Assembly: GCF_001194135.2 (NCBI RefSeq)
Contig: NC_068987.1
Location: forward strand, 11,869,881-11,933,880
Source: Octopus bimaculoides
Lineage: Eukaryota
Length of the DNA stretch: 64,000 nt
Reading direction: 5' to 3'
Shown: one piece after another, positions 50,275-63,900 of the stretch
Numbering within the stretch: position 1 is the stretch's first letter
Layout: each line of letters opens with the position of its first letter
Translations under genes and position numbers: made by a program
Notes under the pieces: generated by a model
What the model saw: the letters and a program-made list of their open reading frames with translations, nothing else
What the model was told of the DNA's origin: nothing
Database searches by the model: none

Positions 50275-50774
50275 GAATTTAAAAATCACTTCTTTAACTT
50301 TCTAAGACATCTCAACGGTTCTAAAAGCAAACTTCGTTTGTTTGTTTACGTTTATCGTAATTTGAATTTAAAAAAGAAATGATTTAAACAGTTTTTGATT
50401 AAAAACAATATAGTGGGCGAGTTCTTTTGCAAACATTGAGAGCTGTTTCTAAAACACCCTTTTATAAAAGGGGACGCTGCATACTAATATGAACAAGGCA
50501 CAGAGAGAGATACACACAAATAGATACACATAGTAAAAACACATTAACAGTGAAATGAAAGAACGTTTTTTAAATGCATTTTAAGAACATAGAACTTATA
50601 AGTATACGCATAGATCGAAAAGTACCACTGTCAAATTTAATAACGACTATTACTTGATAATTTAACGCGATTTCAGGATGTTAACAAATGCAGTTGGAAT
50701 AAGCAAACGTTGAATGAGGACTAAACGTTTTGTAATATGGAGGTTCCTTTAAGTAAATTTATATTTTACCTTTT

Positions 50775-51185
50775 GGTAGTTTCAGCCATTAGACTGCAGC
50801 CATATCGGCGCACAGCCTTGAAAGGTTTTTAGTTGAAGAAATCGGCCCTATTATGTGTTTTTTAAGCGTGGTACTTATTCTATCGGCCTGTTTTGCCGAA
50901 CCGCTATGTTACGAGGACATAAGTAAACCCAACATCGGTTGCCAAGCCATGACGGCAGATACGTACACATACATATACATATACATACACACATACGCAC
51001 ACATACGTACACACATACGCATACGTAAACACATACAGCTATACAACGGGTTTCCACACTCTCAAGGCATTGGTTGAACCGGGGCTATAGTAGAAGGCAT
51101 TAGTCCAAAGTTCTGAGTAGTAGGCCTGAACCCGAAACCATGTGGTTGCAAAACAATAGACTTAACTGCACAGCCATGCCTGCGC
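50775..51185 (-). mobile_element. Older A-related SINE
   Basis: Diverged but collinear with family A. Confidence 0.8.
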
Positions 51186-51780
51186 CAAACTTCTTAAGTA
51201 CACAACTACGAATTAGGAATACATATTTAGTGAGGAAAAGACATTAGCTCGATGACTACTGTTGTCTTAATAATTTTTAGGAGGCAAAGTATATGTTTCT
51301 ACCTTTATTTGGTGCTCATCTGCGAAGTGCAAGCCTCACTGCACTTGCTGACATTGTAATAAAAGAATCTTTAAGAATATGTACAGTTATTATATAAAGA
51401 CGCGTGGTCTAATGATTCGAAGGTTCTGCTCGTTATTATTAAAATCATGGGTTCAATTTCTGCTTCAGGCGTTGCGTTATGTCCTTGAGCGATGCACTTC
51501 GTTTCATTTAACTGAAGTCAAATCTACTCAGACGCAATAAATACCAGCCAGGTCGCTGATGCAGCCTTCTCAACATCTCACCTCACACACATATATATCA
51601 GATATTATATCCTGGATGTTCGACCGGATCAAGAGTAAGAGGTGATAGGAGTGAGGCGAGAGGGAGTCAGCGTCCTGTCACATTTTCAAAGACCCCTAAA
51701 AACTATTACTATAGACCTGAGAAATTAGCATTTTAAAAACAAAATAAAAAAGCAAAACCAAAATACAAAAGAAAAACTCA

Positions 51781-51924
51781 GGCGTAGCTGGCTGTGTGGT
51801 TAGAAGTTTGCTTCCCAACCACACGGTTCCGGGTTCAGTCTCATGGCGTGGCACCTTGGACAAGTGCCTTCTGCAATAGCCTAGGGCCGAGTAGATTTGG
51901 TAAACAGAAATTGAAATAAGACCG

Positions 51925-51972
<48 letters not shown>

Positions 51973-52156
51973 GTGTGTATGTGTGAGCGTATATATNNNN
52001 NNNNNNNNNNNNNNNNNNNNNNNNNNNNNNNNNNNNNNNNNNNNNNNNNNNNNNNNNNNNNNNNNNNNNNNNNNNNNNNNNNNNNNNNNNNNNNNNNNNN
52101 NNNNNNNNNNNNNNNNNNNNNNNNNNNNNNNNNNNNNNNNNNNNNNNNNNNATATA

Positions 52157-52192
<36 letters not shown>

Positions 52193-52430
52193 AAGAGGCC
52201 CATCATATATATACACGTGTACATGTGTGAGTGTTTGTGTGTCTGTCTGTCCCCCACTACCACTTGACAACCGGTGTTGGTATGTTTATATTCCCCGTAA
52301 CTTAACGATAGAGAACTGATAGAATAAGCACCAGGCTTAGAAAAAACTATTAAGTAATGGAGTCGATTCGTTCGACTAAAATTCTTCAAGGCGATACCCC
52401 AGCATGGCTGCAGTCAAATGGCTGGCACAA
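51781..52430 (+). mobile_element. A-related SINE spanning an N gap
   Basis: Head GGCTGTGTGGTTAGAAGTTTGCTTCCCAACC; tail to 52430. Confidence 0.85.
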
Positions 52431-52859
52431 AAAACAGAAGAATCAAAATGCATTCATTGAGTTTGATCTCAGCACTACATATTTAACATTCGGCTCTACA
52501 GCACATCCATACACTCACTCGGCGCGGCATGTTTTTGCCTGGACATATTAATTAGATTTGATTGAGCTATTTAACACTTGTATATTTAAATATCTTGGCT
52601 GTGAGAGCGCAATGTAACGCTGGTGACAGAATGCAAACAAAAAAAAAATCATTCCTTTTCGTCCAGCAGTCTGACTTGGTCAGCTGCAACGCTCTCAGCT
52701 AAATGAACGCATTCATAGAAAAGCGCTATATATTATCGTCTAACAAATAATACAAAGAAAAGTTATTGAACGCCGTTTACACTGTGCGCGCGCACATGTT
52801 TTGCAACCAGCGCACATAAAAGAAAAATAGCTAATGTGCGCACACAAGATTATCTGTTT

Positions 52860-53276
52860 ACTGTTTAACTTGTTTCAGTCATTTGACTGTGGCCATGCTG
52901 GAGCATCGCCTTTAGTCGAGCAAATCGACCCCAGGACTTATTCTTTGTAAGCCTAGTACTTATTCTATCGGTCTCTTTCGCCGAACCGCTAATTTACGGA
53001 GACGTAAACACACCAGCATCGGTTGTCAAGCGATGTTGGGGGGACAAACACAGACACACAAACACACACATATATACATATACATATATACGACGGGCTT
53101 CTTTCAGTTTCCGTCTACCAAATCCACTCACAAGGCTTTGGTCGGCGCGAGGTTATAGCAGAAGACACTTGCCCAGTGTGCCACGCAGTGTGACTGAACC
53201 CGGAACCATGTGGTTGGTAAGCAAGCTTCTTACCACACAGCCACTCCTGCACCTATAAATCCACTCCTGCGCCTAT
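52860..53276 (-). mobile_element. SINE family A, full length, with duplicated 5' end
   Basis: Complete match; CCACTCCTGC(A/G)CCTAT occurs twice at 53242-53276. Confidence 0.95.
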
Positions 53277-53382
53277 GTCTTAGAAATAAATATTTAAACA
53301 ATGCACAATACGTATACTTTAAATACATAAAAAAAAATGCTGTGTCGGGATTAAAATACTGATGGACAATGCCCTAAACTTC

Positions 53383-53693
53383 TAGTGGTTCCCAAAGTGA
53401 GCAGTATAGCCCCCACCCTTGGGGAGGTGGAAAGTTTCAAAAGGCGTTGAAGAAAAGCGGGACGATAATGGGATAGCGATTTATGTAAAATGTGGGCGAA
53501 AATGGGGTAGTGATTCATGTAAAAACAACAAAATAATGGGTTCGTCAGGTTAAGTTTTATGAGTGAAATACAGTTGCTTAGAATTTGCTTCAGAAAGAGG
53601 TCTGTGTTTGTGATAGTTACTCGAGGTGGGGGCAGCAGGAATGTGGCTTGGGTGTCAAGGGGGCGGCAACTCGAAACATTTTGGGAAACACTG
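53383..53693. mobile_element. hAT (Charlie-like) MITE
   Basis: TAGTGGTTCCCAAA ... TTTGGGAAACACTG termini. Confidence 0.75.
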
Positions 53694-53744
53694 TTCAACA
53701 TATGATTTATTTTTCTTTTTAAATATACAAGTCCTTGAAGGCGC

Positions 53745-54295
53745 AAGCTGGCAGAAACGCTAGCAGGCAGAAACATTAGCAGGCCGGGCGATGTAATCGA
53801 CTTAATCCATTTGTCTGTCCTTGTTTGTCCCCTCTATGTTCATCCCCTTGTGGGCAATAAAGAAATAAAAAATGTTAGCAGGCCGGGCGAAATGCTTAGT
53901 GGTATTTCGTTTGTCTTTACGTTCTGAGTTCAAATTCCGTCAGCGTCTACTTTGCCTTTCATCCTTTCGGGGTCGATAAAATAAGTACCAGTTGCGTATT
54001 GGGGTTCATCTAATCAACTGGCCCCTCCCCAAAGATCTCGGGCTTTGCACCTGGAGTAGAAAAGAATAATTAAGTTATTGCTAAAGCAGCTAGCTGGCCG
54101 AGTCGTTTGCACGCTGGGAAAAATATATGCAGCGTTTCGTCCATCTTAATGTACTGAGTTCAAATTCCAGCGAGGTCAACTTTGCTTTTCCTCCTTTCGG
54201 GGTCGATAAAAGAAATACCAATTGAGCACTGGGATCGATGTGACCGACTTACCCCCTCCCCCGAACTTGTTAGCCTATTGCCAAAATTTGAAACT
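53745..54295 (+). mobile_element. SINE B cluster with a B1 tail fragment nested in a B head
   Basis: 21-bp direct repeats at 53771-53791 and 53870-53890; further copy at 54085-54295. Confidence 0.9.
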
Positions 54296-54820
54296 AATTT
54301 ATAAGTTCTTGAAAGCAATTTATAAGTTTAAGGAAACTTCATGAAAATCTAACACGAGGGCACTAATCCACGTATGTATAAAAAGCACACGTTGGATAGG
54401 ATAATAGAAATACATAAACCGGAATGCAAAATTAACGTCCTTTTTTCTTTGTCTGAAATTATCTACTTTCTTCTTTTACCAAAACAACACAGGAAAGAGG
54501 CTTTTGTAAAACGCTCTTCTGAGAAAGAGGAGACAATGAGCTACGACAAGCCGCGACCCATTAGTTTATGCTATTGAATAGTGTTAATAGTAAAGTATCA
54601 CAACTTATTAAGGCCATTCAAATAACACTTGATGAAGTGCATGCAACTAAAAACTCATTTCAGTTGTTGTTAATTGTGTCAGTAAGCCTTCTACTTGTAT
54701 TTGTTTACAAACATACGAACTGAGTCAATGAATGTGACGAGTCAAAAGCTATAAGGAATGGTTTCAGGTCCCGTAACTTGACAACATCGTAACCGGTGAA
54801 CAAAAGATTTTAGTTACATT

Positions 54821-55200
54821 GTACGCGTGGCTGTGTGGTAAGACGTTTTGCGTCCCAACCACGTGGTTCCGGATTCACTTCCACTACATGGCACCTCGGT
54901 CAAGTGTCTTCTAGTATAGCCTCAGGCTTACAGAAGATTTGTGAGTGGGTTTGGTTGATGGAAACTGAAAGAAGCGCATCGCGAGCGTGTCTGTGTTTGT
55001 CCTCCACCCCCACCCCCGCCACCGCTTTACAACTATTATTGGAGTCTTTACGTCACTGTAAGGTAGCGGTTCGGCAACACATCGATAGAATCAGTACCAG
55101 GCTTAAAAATAAGTTCTGAGATCAATTCAGTCCACTAAAATTCTTCAAGGCGGTGCCCCAGCGTGGCCGCAATTTAATGACCGAAACAAATAAATGATAA
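54821..55200 (+). mobile_element. Older A-related SINE
   Basis: Collinear with family A, diverged. Confidence 0.8.
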
Positions 55201-56386
55201 AAAACATGGGAAATGTTTTAAAAATCATCTGATAGTCGAGTGTTAGAAAATCGAAACTTTATTTTGTTTCTGGAAGATTCTTATAAATTGAAATCATTGA
55301 TATTGAAAATTTGAACCAACCCAAATCTTAGTCGGAATCTATTAATAGTTTAGGTAACAGAATTAATTTTTCAAGATACTTGGCTATACTTATACTAAGN
55401 NNNNNNNNNNNNNNNNNNNNNNNNNNNNNNNNNNNNNNNNNNNNNNNNNNNNNNNNNNNNNNNNNNNNNNNNNNNNNNNNNNNNNNNNNNNNNNNNNNNN
55501 NNNNNNNNNNNNNNNNNNNNNNNNNNNNNNNNNNNNNNNNNNNNNNNNNNNNNNNNNNNNNNNNNNNNNNNNNNNNNNNNNNNNNNNNNNNNNNNNNNNN
55601 NNNNNNNNNNNNNNNNNNNNNNNNNNNNNNNNNNNNNNNNNNNNNNNNNNNNNNNNNNNNNNNNNNNNNNNNNNNNNNNNNNNNNNNNNNNNNNNNNNNN
55701 NNNNNNNNNNTATATATATATATATATATGTATGTGTGTACGCTTGTGTTTGTACCCCCAATATCATTTCAGAACCGATGTTGGTGTGTTTACGCCTCCG
55801 TAACTAAAGACCGATAGAGTAAGCACTAGGGTTACAAAGAATAAGGTCAGCAATTTCGGGGGAAGGGGGCTAAGTCGATTAGATCGACCCCAGTACGCAA
55901 CTGGTACTTAGTTTATCGACCTCCGAGGGGATGAAAGGCACAGTCAACCTCGACGGAATTTGAACTCAGAATGTAAGGACAGACGAAGAACTCTGGAAAT
56001 ATTGATAAAATAAATTACTCTTAGATATCAGCCTCTTAGATACGTAGAGAGAGAGAGAGGGAGAGAGAGAGAGAGAGAGAGACAGAGAGAGAAAGAGAGA
56101 AAGACAGAAGGAGAGAGAAAGAGAGAAGGAGAGAGAGAAATATGTACTGATAGACGCTGGCATAGCTGCGTGGTTCAGAAGCCCACTTTGCAGCCACGTG
56201 GTTTTGGGTTCGGTCCCACGGTGCGGCACATTGGGCATATATCTTCTGCTACAGCCCTAGATCGTCCAATAATTTGCGAATCTGGTAGAAGGAAAGTGTG
56301 TGGAATCNNNNNNNNNNNNNNNNNNNNNNNNNNNNNNNNNNNNNNNNNNNNNNNNNNNNNNNNNNNTATATATATATATATATATA

Positions 56387-56428
<42 letters not shown>

Positions 56429-56429
<1 letters not shown>

Positions 56430-57786
56430 CTACTACATATGTGGGAAATTCTGTCTGTGGTTGTGCTTGTTTGTGGAGTTGTTTGCTAACTCCTCTTACA
56501 TCGTTTTATCGATTTTGATGAAACTTGACACATGAGTAGAACTCATGTCTGGAAACCTCGTGACATACTTAGATTGTTGAAAAAAAAATCAATAATAGCC
56601 CCCCTGGAAGGGATTCTCATATCTACTACATATAACTAATATATTTTATTTAAACACCCAAGGGAAATAACCCATAGCACCTGCACTTACAATTGTCAGA
56701 TCTTAGCGAAGCGATCAATATCTGATTCTCACGATCAGTGGACCTAATTCTGCATTTCACTTCTCAGAGTTTGAACTGCCAAACCATATTATTGCATTTT
56801 CTTGATTTGAATCTTAAACTTTAAAACATTCATTCATACATTTATATACATACATACTTTTTGCGCTTATATATACTACATTTACATATTAGCTGTAATA
56901 AATTAGCCTTGATAAAGTTAACCTTTAAAATGCCACGATGAGTAAGAGTACGAGTGGGTACTTCTACTTCACAAGCTGCTCAATTGCAACAACGACGATC
57001 TCGAGTAAGTCTCTCATTCATTATGTTTGATATTTACTAAATCAAGCAATTATACTTTGTCTATTCCACTTCAATATCTAAACAGTTATATACATATTGA
57101 TGTAATTAATTTAGACATTGCATTAATAGTCATTTTTTCAACATCTCCAAATAACTAAATGCTGGCAATGCATGCAGAGTTTTCAGTTAAATTTGATTAC
57201 ACTTTGAATGCCCATAACTCCGATAATTCTGAATTTTTCAAGTTAAGCTTTTTCGACGACAGTAGATAAAATTTTGATTCCAGAACGTATTTAATAAATG
57301 TGTCCCAATCCTGCTTTTTCTCACGGACAGCTCTATGTCGGATGCTTTAGAATTGGAAATCCGGAAAATTTATTAATCTATGCACCCAACAGCAACGCCA
57401 AAAACATTGTGTATCACGAAGCCCAGTGAGACTGAAATTTTGGAACGAAAATGCCTTTCCCTCCGACAACCTGTCTCGCCAACCTCCGAAAACCTCTCTC
57501 GACAACCTCCAACAATCTGTCTCGACAACCTCTGACAATCTGTCTCGCCAACCTCCGACAGTCTGTCTTACCAACCTCCGTCAACCCCGCTCGCCAACCT
57601 CCGACAACCTCTCTCGCCAACCTCCGACAATCTCTCCCTCCTCCAGCTGACAATTTTTTGTTCTTTTCCGCGACGGAAGATACACCTTTTGTGGCAGTAA
57701 TAACGAAATTACATTTTTATACCAAGGTAATAAGGCGTTTAAATAGAACGTCTTTACTCCCGGGAATTACCAGGTACACCAGCTAG
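56429..57786 (+). mobile_element. Helitron remnant(s): TC 5' ends, PIF1-helicase C-terminal fragment, minisatellite, CTAG 3' end
   Basis: A|TCTACTACATAT at 56429 and 56622; NPAFSHGQLYVGCFRIGNPENLLIYAPNSNAKNIVYHEAQ* at about 57307-57429; CCCGGG..CCAGG hairpin relic, then CTAG|T at 57783-57787. Whether it is one element is inferred. Confidence 0.7.
57461..57650. repeat. 23-bp minisatellite CCTCCGACAACCTGTCTCGCCAA, about 8 copies
   Basis: Direct reading; lies inside the Helitron 3' region. Confidence 0.95.
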
Positions 57787-57894
57787 TAGATATGTATATA
57801 TTAATATACAGCATGGCCACAGCTCTCTTAAACTAAGAATNNNNNNNNNNNNNNNNNNNNNNNNNNNNNNNNNNNNNNNNNNNNNNNNNNNNNC

Positions 57895-58140
57895 TGTGTG
57901 TGTTTTTATGTCTGTACTCGCCTCTGTTAGAAACCCGTGTTAGTTTGTTTACTTCCCTGTAACATAGCGGTTCGGCAAAAAGACTGATAAAATAAGTACC
58001 ACACTTTCAACAAAACAACAACAAAAAAATTAAAAGAAAACAAAGCAAAAAACACGTATGTATTGGGGTCAATTTGTTCGATGCAAATTCTTCATGTCAG
58101 TGCCCTCAGCATGGCTGCAGTCCAATGAATGAAACAAGTA
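57895..58140 (+). mobile_element. A-related SINE 3' half
   Basis: CTGTAACATAGCGGTTCGGCAAAA...GGGGTCAATTTGTTCGA...GCATGGCTGCAGTCC. Confidence 0.8.
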
Positions 58141-59999
58141 AAAAAAAAAAAATCTTGCATTTATCCATCTCCACTACGAACAACGCTCCCGCCAAACAAC
58201 AGCTATAACAACAACAACAACAACTACCACCACAACAACGATAACAACAACAATTCATCTTTCATGTAACTGTAAGGAACAGTTACTTCAATAATGAAAT
58301 CGTAGTCGTGGATTTTACTAAAGCTTCTGGTAAACCGACCGGTTTCATTTCTCGTCGAGAGGCTATTTCACTTAGGACACTAAAGTGGTTGGAAAACGTT
58401 GTAACTGCTTTCAATTTGTTCAGCTTTCAAACCATTGCAAGAAACAATTATTTACTGCATGATAACATTAAGTGGTTGTTTTATCATATTTCACGAAGTT
58501 CGTCGGTTCACTGTTCTAAGCTAAAATTCAGGCTGGAGTGGATAAGTAGGTAGGTAGGACATTTAGCTGTTTCATGTTTTTCTGCGATTTGTAACACAAA
58601 CTCACTCACTCGCTGTCATTCGTTTATTTTCTGTCACTCTCTCTCAGACACACACAAAGGCAAACGCACACCAACATAGAAACATACATACTAACATATT
58701 CAGAAACACACGCATGAACGCAAATGCTCTCTCACACACACATACACACACACGGAACTAGACACAAAACACACACACACACTGACGTACATTCACAACC
58801 ACACACTTACGCAAAACTCATACATACACACACATTCACAGGCAAACACGCACAAAACACACATACATACGCACATAACAAGCACACACAAACACACAAA
58901 ACACACACATACCATTACACACACACTCATGCACGCACAAAACACACTCAAACATATACAGACTTGCATACACACACACACACACACGCGCACACATATA
59001 CACACTTATTCAAAATATTTTTACTCGTTCCAGTGTCTGGGTTGTACATTTACTGCGAACTGCCTTGTATAGTTTTAGCGCGAAAATATCGGCCCGACCC
59101 CAGTACGTATCCCAGACTAATACTGTTTGATATCGGTTTCTAAGTAGCGAATGGTTAACTTACAGCTTGACGTACAATCGCAAATTGGCATGCCATTTTA
59201 CACTATTGTATGCAAATATACACAAACAAGCTTAAGCACACACATGCCCCATATTCATGCAAACGCACCAAGGATTTAACAGTTTCCCTCTAAAAATTCT
59301 AACACAAAGGATTAGTCAACGCAGGAATATAGAATAATCTTTGCTAAACCAGAAGAAATGCCACCAAGCATTTTGTTCGACGTGCCAGCTCGCTGCCTTA
59401 ACATTTAAAAATACTAAAAATAAAATATTTTGCAAGAATAACAATATCAACAACAATAACAACAGTAGTATTAAAATCGGAAGTATGCCAAAAATTCTAA
59501 GTGTGCCAAAATTCTTTACAGAATACACTTATCAATTGTCATACATAACTTCGTAAATATGACATAAAAAGTATGAAATATTTTCAGAGAATATTAAAAT
59601 CATATTTATTGTATATTTACATATTTTATATTACATTTATTTTACAGAATTTAGGAATTGAAAAAAGTTTATCACTGCCTACATTTATGTTGTAATAACC
59701 CGTGAAAAATATTTACTATAAAAAGATAGAAAGCCGCCTACCATTCCCGTTTATGCACAAATCAAACTATACGAACTCTTTTACAACGGTGATGGTCTTA
59801 TAACATACAGTAACCTGCATTCATTATTCAGATATCACAAATGATATTCGTAAATGAATCGCAAACGCTGAGACATTATACACCAAATGATATCTTTCAA
59901 AACTAGCAACATGCAATACATTAAATATAATAGACGTATACATATCACCAGTAATCTCCTCAACCGTGTTACAAGATTACGTGCTCCAGGTACGGAACT

Positions 60000-60200
60000 T
60001 TAATACTTTTTGGAAGGAATGTTCAACATGTACACGATATTTTTTGGTTTTCTGAGTTTCTCTCCATATCTACAAATGAACATGAGTGGTGGGCTACGAT
60101 GTCTTCCACATTTAAACGACCAATGTTCAAAGCGGCTTTCAAATTGCTGTTTAAGAGATTTGTTTCTGTCCTCCTTCCAAACGGTGTACATGTTGAAATC
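60000..60200 (-). pseudogene. Merlin (IS1016/IS1595-like) transposase relic
   Basis: RRTETNLL...KAALNIGRL...VAHHSCSFVDMERNSENQKI resembles DRTxxTLL...KAY..L...TVNHSxxFVDPxTGxHTQxI. Confidence 0.45.
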
Positions 60201-61091
60201 CGAACTATAAACACTATGTTATATAGACATGAATAGAACTCAAACATACATATGTAGAGAACTACATACACTCACACATACACACCTAATAAAACAAAAT
60301 GTCGTTTTCTCTAAGTTGATCAACAATACCAAATAACAACCCTCCACACATGCTAAATTGTACTATAGAATATATCTATACATTTTAGCCAACATTGTAT
60401 GGAATATGTAAATAGACGGATGATCCTGAGCGTAACAGTAGAAAATGTAATAACGAAAATGAATCAATTACACTTTAAAAAAGAAGAAAATGGATCAAAA
60501 GGGACTGCAAAACGAACTGCAGCAAAAATGTGCATGCAAATGATGTATGCTATCTAAATACATCACGTAATTATATAAGAGGTTCAGAAAGATAAAAAAA
60601 ACTATTAAGAGATACACTTCAAAGCAAATTAAATAGAAATATAAAAAGAACATTAAGGTACAAATAGTAAACAGCATTTCATGTTATAACTCGGTATTAG
60701 ATGAATAAAAGAAAACTATGTAATATTAGAACAATCAGGATAGAGACAAATAAAAAATAAAAAACAAGTGGCAAACTGGCTCATAAATAAACGAATAATA
60801 AGTTTTATAAATGGAATATAATTAAAGGAAACCATATAATCATATCTTTGTAGAAAACGTGTAATAACTAAGAAATTACGAAGAAATCTATAAATATGAA
60901 TAAACAAAAAACATGAACCCACAAATATGTGTAGATGCCTATAATTCATTTAACAGTACTATACAAAATGCAGATAAGAAACATTTAAAAGATATAAACG
61001 TAAATCTGGACCTATGTCAAGTATAATATATGTTAGCATTAATATATATTAGCATAGAATATCGTAAGAACGTTTGTACAAAATAATAAAC

Positions 61092-61193
<102 letters not shown>

Positions 61194-61239
61194 CGAACTG
61201 AAGAAAATTCTAACTGGACTCCACTTGCTGTTTATTTTG

Positions 61240-61400
61240 ATATGAGATCACCATGTCACGCACATATCGTTGTGATGCATGTGCCTGGTGTACCCTTGTC
61301 AGACGGGTAGCCATGACGGGTATACTGGGCTTCGTATATTTTACCCCAGTGTCACTTTGATGGCATGCACTGCTTTCTCACTCAATGATATGATAATAGT
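61240..61400 (+). mobile_element. 3' part of another SINE-like repeat ending in (AAT)n
   Basis: GATGCATGTGCCTGGTGTACCCTT...GGCATGCACTGCTTTCTCACTCAAT followed by an AAT-type tail; family recognised from memory only. Confidence 0.5.
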
Positions 61401-61419
61401 AATAATAATGATAATAGTG

Positions 61420-61666
61420 GTTTCTAATTTTTCTAGAAGGGCAGCATTTTTGGGGGGTGAGGTGGGGAGGGATGGGTCGATGTAATCGACTCATCCCTTC
61501 CGCACAAAATAGTGTTCAACTGGTATTTATTTTATCGATCCCCGAAAGGACGAAAAGCAAAGGTGACCTCGGGAGAATTTGAGCTCAGAACGTAGCGGTA
61601 GACGAAATACCGCTAAGCATTTCGCCCGGCGTGCTAATGATTCTGCCAGCTCGCCGCCTTGTAATA

Positions 61667-61737
<71 letters not shown>

Positions 61738-62355
61738 ATGTTTTGACAGGCATTCTCTAGAACAATACTCTGTGCAAAACAAAAATATATGGTATCCTGG
61801 TCATAACACCAACTTGAACTTCTAATTTGTTGTCTCTTAAGGACTCTGGGTGAGACTTGGAGTCAACTTGTACAAGTACAAAGCAAAAGTCAAACATATA
61901 ATAATAATAATAATAATGTCTACTATAGACAGAAGGCTTGAAATTTTGGAGGAAGGGGCTAGTCGCTTACATCGACCCCAGTGCGTAACTGGTACTTATT
62001 TCATCAACCACGAAAGGATGAAAGGCAAAGTCAACCTCGGCGGAATTTAAATTTAGAACGTAAAGACGGACGAAATCATTTTGTCTGGTGTGCTACCGAT
62101 TCCGCCAGTTTTCCACCTTGACAATAATAATATTAATTAATAATTGACACAAGACCAGCGATTCTGAGGGAAGGGGCAAGTCGATTACATCAACTCCATT
62201 GCTCAAGGGGTACTTATTTTGTTGACAGGAATGAAAAGAAGAATCGACGTCAGCAGAATTAGAACTCAGAATGTAAAGAGCAAGAAGAGATACTTCCAAG
62301 GAGTTTGTCAAACGCTCTACCAATTCGGCCATCTTGCCGGCTTATCACCACCACC

Positions 62356-62387
<32 letters not shown>

Positions 62388-62560
62388 CAACAACAATAAT
62401 AATCCTTTTTTACTATAGGCACAAGGCCTGAAATTTAGAGGTGTGGAAGTCAATTACATCGATCCTAGGATGAAAGGCAAAGTCGATTCAGTGGAATTTG
62501 AAATTAACGTAAAGACGGACGGAATGTCGCTAAGCATTTTGTTCGGCATATTATCGATTC
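61420..62560 (-). mobile_element. Four tandem SINE B copies separated by trinucleotide tracts
   Basis: Copies at about 61420-61660, 61920-62110, 62145-62345 and 62410-62560. Confidence 0.88.
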
Positions 62561-62689
62561 TGGATAATAAACATCAGCAACAATAACAGCAAAAGGAAAT
62601 ATTTTAATCTCCCTAGAAATTCAAATCAATCTAAAAGCTTGGTCATACGTTAAAAGTGTAAAGGAGGAGTTACTAATCTTCGACTCCTT

Positions 62690-63025
62690 ATCTGCTCGAG
62701 GCATTAAACTGCGACCATACTGGGGCACTGCGTTGAAGAATTTTAGTCTTATCTTTTAAGCCCAATACTTAATCTATCAGCCTCTTTTACTGGACTGCTA
62801 CATTACGAGGGATGTAAACACCTCAACACCGGTTTTCAAGCGGTTCCGGGAGACACTGGCATAAAGTCACACACACATACGATAGGCTTCTTTCAGTTTC
62901 CACCATAGTCTCGGACCGAGACTATGATGGAGGACCTTTGCCCAAAGTGCCACGCAGTAGGACTGAACTCGGAACCATGTGGCTAGGAAGCAAACTTCTT
63001 ACCACACAGCCAAGCTTGTGCCTGT
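62690..63025 (-). mobile_element. Older A-related SINE
   Basis: Collinear reverse-complement match. Confidence 0.8.
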
Positions 63026-63900
63026 AGCCCATTAAGGCACAATTTACATGTATGTAATTATAAAAGGGGAAAAACGAGTTAAAGAAACCCTTACCAAAGA
63101 TACTTGTATTAAGAGCATCAACGAGAAAAGAGATGATTATTGAAAATTCGTAAAAAGAAAAGCGAAAAGGATGCTGCAAATAATATGGAAATTTAAATAA
63201 AAAAAAAGAAACATTTTAAATAGAAAATAATAAAGCAATTGCTAATTGAGTAAACTAGAGAAAAATTTTATAGAAGAATATGGAATAAAGCAGACAAGTT
63301 GCAGACATAAATTGAGTTATATCAATATACGAAGTATAGTGGAAGATAAAACAACTAAATATGTGTTGTAAGTCAATAGTGATGCAGAATATGAGAAGAA
63401 GTATAGATGAAATATCGATTGCGAACCGTTCACTTTAGAAAAACCAAGAGATACGCAGTCAAGTAATAAGTGAATATTCAAAGTCAATAGTAATGCTGGA
63501 TTCGAGAAGGTTGGTAGTATTAAAGGAACGTATACCTATCATAGAAGAAAATATGGGCTTAGCTATAGTGAGGAAGGACGCAAATTGTCATTCAGAATAG
63601 TTAACTGTGAAGTAAAAGAAAGTTCTAAGAATATTGTGATTGCACGTAGTGAAGTAATGCTCTAAGACTTTTCTGAAGAGGTTTTAAGATAAAAAGTTCA
63701 AGTGCTTCAACCGTACACAGGTTACAGTAGTTTCTGTTTCCAGCATATAATGAGGTTTTTTCTTATAAATGATCCATTTACCTTCAAAAGGCTACGTTCT
63801 TTCAATTCACAGAAAAATCAGATAACGAAGAGGTGTTTCTTATTTCAGGCTACCAAAAAGAGTATGTATGAAAATAAAATACACCTTGAAAGTTACTCAC

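Noticed and set aside
57461-57650. CRISPR-like array
   Set aside because: Contiguous degenerate tandem units without unique spacers, in eukaryotic DNA.
63100-63700. A-rich stretches suggestive of decayed LINE coding DNA (also 20370-20720 and 26500-26750)
   Set aside because: No diagnostic motif could be read with confidence.
63783-63850. Minus-strand segment with strong acceptor and gtaaat donor (similar case at 47248-47310)
   Set aside because: Stops in all three frames; at most a non-coding exon.
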